Assembly: GCA_023898805.1 (NCBI GenBank)
Contig: CP060260.1
Span: 10,329 to 74,328 of the forward strand
Length of the DNA: 64,000 bases
Source of the DNA: Rhodospirillales bacterium
GTDB taxonomy: Bacteria > Pseudomonadota > Alphaproteobacteria > Micavibrionales > UBA1664
Reading direction: 5' to 3'
The position numbers and the translations under genes are program-made. The stretch's first letter is position 1, and each line of letters opens with the position of its first letter. The notes beneath the pieces are model-generated. The model did not search any database. It saw only the letters and a program-made list of their open reading frames with translations, and was not told the DNA's origin. Below, piece by piece: positions 40,355 through 46,959 of the stretch.

Positions 40355-41548
40355 TCAGCTTCGCAGTTTGGCGCTGGCGCCAGCGCTGGATTGACCCAAC
40401 CCCAGCGCGGACCAAAGCGGACGGAACACGGGATCTTTCGAAATTTCGGTAAGCGTCGCGGTATAATCGCGGTGATCGTGTTTGGCGCGCAATTTGATAT
40501 CCAGCATCTCAATGGCGACGTCAAAAATCTTTCCGATCAACGCGCCGTTCAGGCGGTCGTCCGCGTATACGGTTTTCACTATTTCTGTATGAACATCCCC
40601 GTATCGCGTCGCTTTGGCCATTGGCGCGCCGGCGGTCATCACCGCTTCGCATATGGCGTCCAGCATCCGACGCATGTAAACCGCCTCGCGCAGCTTTCCT
40701 GCCGTTTTCGACAGGACGTCATCCGCTTTTTGCGCACCGCCCGCACGCTTGAATGTCTTTGCCATACGATCTTTCAAGCCGCGCGGAGCGGCTTGCGAAA
40801 CGGCATCGGAAGCCTTCAGCGCCGCCTCCGCCGTATTGATCTGCGCGGCAACGCCACGCAGGGCGCGTGCGCGCGCGACGATGACCAGAAACGGATATCT
40901 TCGCGGCGCGGGCAATTTCGATACAAGGGCATCGATAAAATTATCTTTGTCGTAAAGATGCGCCAGCGCTTCGCTGGTGATGGTCGCACGTGCGGCTTCG
41001 TCCGTTATAAGCGTACGGCGCAATCGGTCATGTGCGACCAGATCGCCTCGTATTTTCTCCCATTTTGCTTCCGCCGCGTCCCTGGCCGCGACGTCCTCGG
41101 TCATGCCTTCGTATTCTACCGCGTTGCCCGATCCGGCGGCTTGAACGTTTAACAGGCCGCGCAGCCCGCCTTTATCCTTTTGCGCGCGCTTGGACCCGGA
41201 TTTTTCCAGTTTGTCGGCGATATCGGCCACAATCAGATTGGCCATAGTACGCTCGTTTTCTGCCATCGATTCCAACGTGGCAATGTCCGCAGCCTTGTGC
41301 CGGTGCGTGATTTCTGTGCGATGATCGCGCAACGCATCCTGCGTATCTTTGGCCTGCCGCATGACGTCGCGCGGCGAGAAATGCAGGCCTCCGGCGATGC
41401 TGGCCTTTTCCATTGTGCCGACATCAAGATCGTCGAGCATATCGCGCAGGCTTGATTCCAGCTTCGAGATATTATCCGCGACCTCTCGGCGCAAGCCTTG
41501 AAAACCCGTCGTACATTTAGTTTGCACCAATATTGAAATCTGGGTCAT
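40355..41548 (-). CDS. hypothetical helical protein (397 aa), distant paralog of the next gene
   Basis: AGAGGG upstream of the ATG. No signal peptide or TM segment. Shares an N-terminal block (GGLHFSPRDVMRQAKDTQ) with the 41678-43297 product. Confidence 0.6.
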   Translation of the reverse strand: MTQISILVQTKCTTGFQGLRREVADNISKLESSLRDMLDDLDVGTMEKASIAGGLHFSPRDVMRQAKDTQDALRDHRTEITHRHKAADIATLESMAENERTMANLIVADIADKLEKSGSKRAQKDKGGLRGLLNVQAAGSGNAVEYEGMTEDVAARDAAEAKWEKIRGDLVAHDRLRRTLITDEAARATITSEALAHLYDKDNFIDALVSKLPAPRRYPFLVIVARARALRGVAAQINTAEAALKASDAVSQAAPRGLKDRMAKTFKRAGGAQKADDVLSKTAGKLREAVYMRRMLDAICEAVMTAGAPMAKATRYGDVHTEIVKTVYADDRLNGALIGKIFDVAIEMLDIKLRAKHDHRDYTATLTEISKDPVFRPLWSALGLGQSSAGASAKLRS

Positions 41549-41602
41549 GCCCGCCCTCTCTCTTTAAGCAAATGGCAAATACCATAATAATGACCCAAAC
41601 GC

Positions 41603-41632
41603 AAAAAAAGCCGCATCAAACTTCGATGCGGC
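41603..41632 (-). terminator. intrinsic terminator of the 41678-43297 gene
   Basis: On the minus strand: GCCGCATC-GAAGTTT-GATGCGGC followed by T7. Confidence 0.65.
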
Positions 41633-41677
41633 AGCCTGAAACCAGGCGAGGCGAGGGAGGTTACGACATGAAAAACT

Positions 41678-43297
41678 CTATTGCAGCACCAGCCTTTCCG
41701 AATGCGGCGCTTTAAATCGTGAATGGAATTCCGGGGCGGGCACACCATCGCCAAGATCGGGGCGGGCGCGATGATAAAACGCATCGCCGCCAAAGTTGCT
41801 GCCAGCGCTATCGCCGATGCCGCCGCTGGGCACGGCATCGGTCTGTTGCGCCGCCGCCCCAAAATCGCCGGACAGGATAGGGCTGGACGCACCTGCGTCG
41901 AGGTCTGAAAAATCGATACGGCAATCGCCGATCATGTCCTTGTAACCCGCCTCCTGCGTCAGCGCATCCAGGGTCGCGCTGTAATCCGGCGCCAGTTTCT
42001 GCAGCGCTTCGTGACCGAAGTCCGCCACGGCGCAGCTTTGCGCATCCGACGCGAAAGCATCGCGAACTATGGATCGTTCCGTTCCGCTTTCGTTAAGCAT
42101 ATACAGCATGTACAGCGCGTAAAACGCGTTGAAGTCGCTACCCTCTGTGTCCGCAGGTGCGCGTGCAGGCGCTGTGATTGATGCCAGCGCCGTGCGGGAA
42201 GGACGGTAATTCCGTGTTTGTGCACATGCATGACGCAGGTTGTCGCAAACATGCTGCGTGCGCGCGCGCGTGGCAAGAATGGCGCGATCGATCTGCTCCG
42301 CGCTGACAGAAGCCCGCGCGGTCTTAAAAGCTTTGCGCTTTTTCGCCACACGCAGTTTTTTAAGCGCGGGATCTATGTCATCTCGCGCGTCCTCCAACGC
42401 AGCGATTTCCCGGTCTGCCAAAGCCAGCAACTGCCCCAACCCGTACAGCCTGAGAGCGGCTTCGATGAACTGGGTGCGCATCGCAGCAGGTAAAAGCATG
42501 GCGACGGGCATGACCATGCTGCGCTGCTGACGCACCGCCTGCCTTGTCTGGGTCATGATGGCGTTGCGCGCCACCGTGTCGGTGGTCATCTTGGCTTCCA
42601 GCTCGCGATACTGCCTGACCGCGCGGGAAACCTTGGTATAGGCCTCCTCGCGCTTCTGGCGCTCGGCCTCCGCCGTAGCATAGCCATGGTCCAGCGTGGA
42701 CTTGCTTTCCAGCGCCGACTTAGGATCTTTGATCCCACTGATCGCGGCGCGCGCCGCGCGGTAGGCGGGTTCGCGCAACCAGCGCCAGCGGTCAACCCTG
42801 CCCGTGAATTGTTCTACGTTTTCAGGCGCAAGCTTGAAGGGCAGCGACGGGTCGGCGTTGAACGCGACGATGGAGCGCATCGTTTCCGCCTTGGCGTCGC
42901 GCTGCGCCCGTTTGCGGTCTGCATCGGTCTGGCTGCCTTGAAAGGCAGTCAGCGCATCTTTTTCCTTTTGCAGCAACTCGTCAAAAGTGGTGACGTCGTT
43001 GCTTTGCAAAATGATCTGCGCCTGTGTGCGGAACACGGTCTGCGAATTCCGCGCCTCGCTAACGACCTCCTGCGGCGAGAACAAAACGCCGCCCTCGGCG
43101 AAGGCGGCGGCCAAAAGTGCGATATCGGTGTTGATCAGGCCCGGAACATGGCCATCGACGATGTCCGAGAGCGTCTTGTCGTATCCGCGCGCCTCGCGGT
43201 TGATTTCCTCGCGCACTGCTTGCAGGGACACGATACTTTCGCCCTGCACCTTGTCCAGCAATTCCAGTTTGTCATACAGCTCGGTATTGATCGTCAT
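41678..43297 (-). CDS. hypothetical helical protein (539 aa), distant paralog of the preceding gene
   Basis: Start taken at MTINTELYDK (AGAGG upstream); the track ORF extends to 43378. Block GGVLFSPQEVVSEARNSQ lies at the same distance from the N-terminus as in the 397-aa neighbour. Confidence 0.6.
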   Translation of the reverse strand: MTINTELYDKLELLDKVQGESIVSLQAVREEINREARGYDKTLSDIVDGHVPGLINTDIALLAAAFAEGGVLFSPQEVVSEARNSQTVFRTQAQIILQSNDVTTFDELLQKEKDALTAFQGSQTDADRKRAQRDAKAETMRSIVAFNADPSLPFKLAPENVEQFTGRVDRWRWLREPAYRAARAAISGIKDPKSALESKSTLDHGYATAEAERQKREEAYTKVSRAVRQYRELEAKMTTDTVARNAIMTQTRQAVRQQRSMVMPVAMLLPAAMRTQFIEAALRLYGLGQLLALADREIAALEDARDDIDPALKKLRVAKKRKAFKTARASVSAEQIDRAILATRARTQHVCDNLRHACAQTRNYRPSRTALASITAPARAPADTEGSDFNAFYALYMLYMLNESGTERSIVRDAFASDAQSCAVADFGHEALQKLAPDYSATLDALTQEAGYKDMIGDCRIDFSDLDAGASSPILSGDFGAAAQQTDAVPSGGIGDSAGSNFGGDAFYHRARPDLGDGVPAPEFHSRFKAPHSERLVLQ

Positions 43298-43487
43298 TTG
43301 CAACCTGCCTCTTTGTTGAACGTTGCTTTCCTTTTTGTTCTTACCCCGATTGTAGGGCGTATTTTTTGCGCTTGGCAAGAAAAACAGGAAAAAGCAAAGA
43401 AGATCTTTCTAAAAACAAAAGAACGTTTTTGCTTGGCGGGATGTGCGATGCACCTTAAAACGGCGGGATGAAAGGGTGGAACGGGCG

Positions 43488-44816
43488 ATGAAGCTCACGA
43501 TTTTCGGTTCTGGATATGTTGGGCTTGTGACCGGTGCGTGCCTGGCTGACATTGGTCATAACGTTATGTGCGTCGATCGCGACGCGGCCAAGATCGAAGC
43601 GCTGCTCAAGGGCGATGTCCCGATCTACGAACCCGGCCTTGATGAAAAGATTGCCGTCAATGCGCGCGCGGGCCGGCTGCATTTCACCACCGATGCGCAA
43701 AAAGGCGTTGATCATGGCCGCGTGATTTTTATTGCCGTAGGCACCCCGCCGGACGAGGACGGATCGGCCGACATCACCGCGGTGCTGGCCGTGGCGAAAA
43801 CCGTCGCGACCTATATGACCGAGCCCAAGCTGGTGGTGAACAAATCGACGGTGCCCGTGGGCAGCGCCGATCAGGTGACGCAGGTGATCAAACAATCATT
43901 GGATGCACAGGGAAAAACAATCGCTTTTGGCGTTGCCTCCAACCCGGAATTCCTGAAGGAAGGCAACGCGATCGAGGATTTTGAAAAACCCGACCGCATC
44001 GTCGTCGGCGTTTCAACGCAGGAAAGCGCCGACCTGCTGCGCGAAATTTACGCGCCATTCAACCGCCGCTCCGACCGCATGATCGAAATGGACGTGCGTT
44101 CGGCGGAATTGACCAAATACGCGGCCAACGCAATGCTGGCGACCAAGATCAGCTTTATGAACGAACTCTCCAACGTTGCCGATGCGGTGGGGGCCGACAT
44201 CGAACAGGTGCGCATTGGCATTGGTTCGGATGCGCGTATCGGGTACCACTTCATCTATCCCGGCGCCGGCTATGGCGGGTCGTGCTTCCCCAAGGACGTC
44301 AAGGCACTGGCCGCCATCGCGCGCCGCGCAGGCGTGCCCGCCGTTCTGACGGAGGCGGTGGAAGACGTGAACGAGCGCCAGAAACATGTGCTGGTCGATA
44401 AAATTCTGCGCCATTTCAAAGGCCGCGATCTGGCGGGCAAGACCTTCGCGCTATGGGGGCTTGCCTTCAAGCCCGCGACCGACGACATGCGCGAAGCGCC
44501 AAGCCGCACCATCATGGAATCCTTGTGGGCCAAGGGCGCGAACATACGCGCCTACGATCCCAAGGCGATGGAGGAGGCTGCGCGTATCTACGGCAGCCGG
44601 CCTGAACTGACACTGTGCGATCGCGCGCTTGACGCGCTGGACGGCGCCGACGGGCTGATCGTCGTGACCGAGTGGAAGGAATTCATGGCCATCGACACGG
44701 ACGAACTGAAATCAAGGATGCGCGAACTTGCCGTTTTCGACGGGCGCAACATTTATGACCCAAGGCGTATGAAGGCACAGGGCATCGCATATTACGGGAT
44801 CGGCCGCGCCGCCTGA
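43488..44816 (+). CDS. ugd: UDP-glucose 6-dehydrogenase
   Basis: [20 protein letters not shown] Rossmann start and GGSCFPKD catalytic Cys block. Confidence 0.9.
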   Translation: MKLTIFGSGYVGLVTGACLADIGHNVMCVDRDAAKIEALLKGDVPIYEPGLDEKIAVNARAGRLHFTTDAQKGVDHGRVIFIAVGTPPDEDGSADITAVLAVAKTVATYMTEPKLVVNKSTVPVGSADQVTQVIKQSLDAQGKTIAFGVASNPEFLKEGNAIEDFEKPDRIVVGVSTQESADLLREIYAPFNRRSDRMIEMDVRSAELTKYAANAMLATKISFMNELSNVADAVGADIEQVRIGIGSDARIGYHFIYPGAGYGGSCFPKDVKALAAIARRAGVPAVLTEAVEDVNERQKHVLVDKILRHFKGRDLAGKTFALWGLAFKPATDDMREAPSRTIMESLWAKGANIRAYDPKAMEEAARIYGSRPELTLCDRALDALDGADGLIVVTEWKEFMAIDTDELKSRMRELAVFDGRNIYDPRRMKAQGIAYYGIGRAA

Positions 44817-44838
44817 ACAGACCTCGGAACAAACCGCG

Positions 44839-45360
44839 TCAGCCGCACCAGATCCTGACGATGCGCCCATTTTCGTCCAGTTGGAAATTCACCCGATCCG
44901 GGCTGTAATCCATGGTCACAGCGGCACCGGGAGGAATTACGCGGTGTGGCTCTTTGATCTGGTTGAAATCGACTTCGTCCTTGGTCTTGCCGATCAAATC
45001 CATATGCGGACATGTTACGGGTTCCGTCATATGGGGCGGCATTGGGCCGCCATCCTGCCCGATATCTTGCCCGGTTGAATCGGGGGTCCATACGGCGCTC
45101 CCGCTCATGTCCGAACTGGACGTGCCGCTGACGCCCGGTTCGCCCTGCATATCGCCCTGCATATCGGATGAACCCGTCAAAGCGCTATTGCCCTGCGACT
45201 CACCGGCTGAGGGCATGACACCCGGCATTTGGGGTGCGGCCATACCGGTCGTAGCTTGTGTCTGCGCGGCGTTTGCATCGTCTTTTTTGCCGTCGCACGC
45301 GCCAGACGCCAGCGCAAGCACCAACGTCGATGCTAAAATCAAGTGTTTACCGTATCTCAT
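44839..45360 (-). CDS. probable lipoprotein with C-terminal peptidase-inhibitor-I78-like domain
   Basis: Signal/lipobox-like LALASGAC and low-complexity Ser/Gly/Met linker. C-terminus RVIPPGAAVTMDYSPDRVNFQLDENGRIVRIWCG matches the I78 pattern as I recall it. Confidence 0.6.
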   Translation of the reverse strand: MRYGKHLILASTLVLALASGACDGKKDDANAAQTQATTGMAAPQMPGVMPSAGESQGNSALTGSSDMQGDMQGEPGVSGTSSSDMSGSAVWTPDSTGQDIGQDGGPMPPHMTEPVTCPHMDLIGKTKDEVDFNQIKEPHRVIPPGAAVTMDYSPDRVNFQLDENGRIVRIWCG

Positions 45361-46328
45361 CACGCGACCTCCGTTACGCTGACTATACCCTTCGCCGTTA
45401 AAAGCGCCAGTGCCTCGACGCCCTTCGGGTCGTGGTCGGGCAAAGCGGACGCAAGGGCGAAGCGGCTCATTCCCATGCCCAGTGCATTGACCAGCGCCCG
45501 GGATGACGGCACCCGCGCACAGGCGATTTCGTCATTGGCCAATGTCATGTCCATGCGCCGCAATACGATACCCAGCCGCGTCAGCGGATCGATGGGAAAG
45601 CGATATTTGCCGGTATCGCCGGTGCGGGTGCGGAAATCCTCGGGCGTGATGCCGGACGGCAACGCCTCGTACACCAACAGACCTTTCTGCGCGCCGTCAT
45701 CTGAGCTTACAAAAGCCAGCGTCCAGACATCGCGTGCGCCCAGTCTTTCGCGCATTTGCGCCGCGGCATCCGGAACGCTCATACCCGGTGCGATGTCAAA
45801 AAATTCAACCCCCGCAGCGGCAGGGCGCGTCACCGCGAAATGCTCGGCAATCGGGGTTACGCTGCCTGCCTTGCGGTTGACGACATGAACACTGATCCCG
45901 GCTTTTTCAGCGATCAGCATCGACATCGATTTGAATTCGTCGCCATTGCGGGCGATGAAATCCTTTTCAAACCCTTTGTGATCGATATGGATGGCCTGCA
46001 CCCCGGCTTCGGCCATGATCTTCGCGCAATTGGGGCAAAACGGGTCGGTGACGCAGACATGCGCCCCCGTCCACGGCCCACCGAAACGCAAAAGGGCGGA
46101 AAGCTCGGCATGGATGAACTGGCTGGACGCGCCGATGCGCGCATCCCACGGGAAATGCGCGCGCAAGGGTACGGGACGTTCGCTTACGCATGCCACTGGC
46201 ACCTGACCGGGATGGTCCGGGTGAAACGCGCAGGCGGCGACCTTGCTGGTTCCGTGTTCGCCCGAAAGCACCACGCCCACCGCGTCTTGCATTCTTTCAA
46301 GGATTATGCGCGTATCTTTCAAAACCAT
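45360..46328 (-). CDS. CDA-fold deaminase-like protein (dCMP-deaminase-type zinc motif) with extra C-terminal half
   Basis: HAELSAL ... DPFCPNCAKIMAEAG (H-A-E / CxxC zinc site). The C-terminal ~130 aa are unassigned. Start at 46328, or alternatively 46292. The stop shares a base with the I78-like gene ATG. Confidence 0.6.
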   Translation of the reverse strand: MVLKDTRIILERMQDAVGVVLSGEHGTSKVAACAFHPDHPGQVPVACVSERPVPLRAHFPWDARIGASSQFIHAELSALLRFGGPWTGAHVCVTDPFCPNCAKIMAEAGVQAIHIDHKGFEKDFIARNGDEFKSMSMLIAEKAGISVHVVNRKAGSVTPIAEHFAVTRPAAAGVEFFDIAPGMSVPDAAAQMRERLGARDVWTLAFVSSDDGAQKGLLVYEALPSGITPEDFRTRTGDTGKYRFPIDPLTRLGIVLRRMDMTLANDEIACARVPSSRALVNALGMGMSRFALASALPDHDPKGVEALALLTAKGIVSVTEVA

Positions 46329-46352
46329 CGAACAGGCAAGGGAGTGTTTAAA

Positions 46353-46808
46353 ATGACCTATCAGGCCCACGAAGTGTATATGCGCCGCGCCTATGAGCAA
46401 GCCCTCAAAGGCTATCACGAGGGTGGCTGCCCCATCGGTGGCGTGCTGGTGGACAATGAAACCGGCGAAGTTTTGGGCGAGGGGCATAACGCGCTGGTCC
46501 AGGAAGGCAATCCGATCATCCACGGCGAAATGGCCGCGATGCGCGCGGCGGGCCGCATGAAATCCCGCCGCAAGACCACCATGTACACGACGCTCAGCCC
46601 CTGCATGATGTGTACGGGCACGATTCTTCAGTTCAAGATCGAACGCGTGGTGGTGGGCGATACCACCAATTCATCGGGCAACGAAAAGCTGCTGCGCGAA
46701 CGCGGCGTCGAGGTGATCGAAATAAACGATCCCGATTGCATCGCCCTGTGTGCCAAATTCAAGGACGAAAAGCCCGATCTGTGGCTGGAGGACTGGGGCG
46801 GAGCATAA
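46353..46808 (+). CDS. FCY1-type cytosine deaminase (CDA-fold nucleoside/base deaminase)
   Basis: Near-collinear with yeast Fcy1 from memory: AYEQALKGYHEGGCPIGGVLV, HGEMAAM, TLSPCMMCTG, PDLWLEDWGG. The track ORF 45756-46808 was trimmed to the ATG after AAGGGAG. Confidence 0.85.
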   Translation: MTYQAHEVYMRRAYEQALKGYHEGGCPIGGVLVDNETGEVLGEGHNALVQEGNPIIHGEMAAMRAAGRMKSRRKTTMYTTLSPCMMCTGTILQFKIERVVVGDTTNSSGNEKLLRERGVEVIEINDPDCIALCAKFKDEKPDLWLEDWGGA

Positions 46809-46959
46809 CCCCGCACCCGGACTCTTTGTTTTTTTCCAAGTGGATAACTTGCATTAAGCCTCTGGATTCAAGGGCCGATTCCACGCGAAATAAAGTTGCA
46901 TAAGACCGAAGGTCACCCTATAAGGGTTACCATAAAAACTGCGACAAGGCAGGAGGGGC

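Noticed and set aside
45756-46352. N-terminal 199 aa of the 350-aa plus-strand track ORF 45756-46808
   Set aside because: Only the last 151 aa form the Fcy1-like deaminase. The ATG at 46353 has an AAGGGAG SD, and the upstream part is antisense to the deaminase-like gene and has no motif. The ORF was trimmed to 46353.
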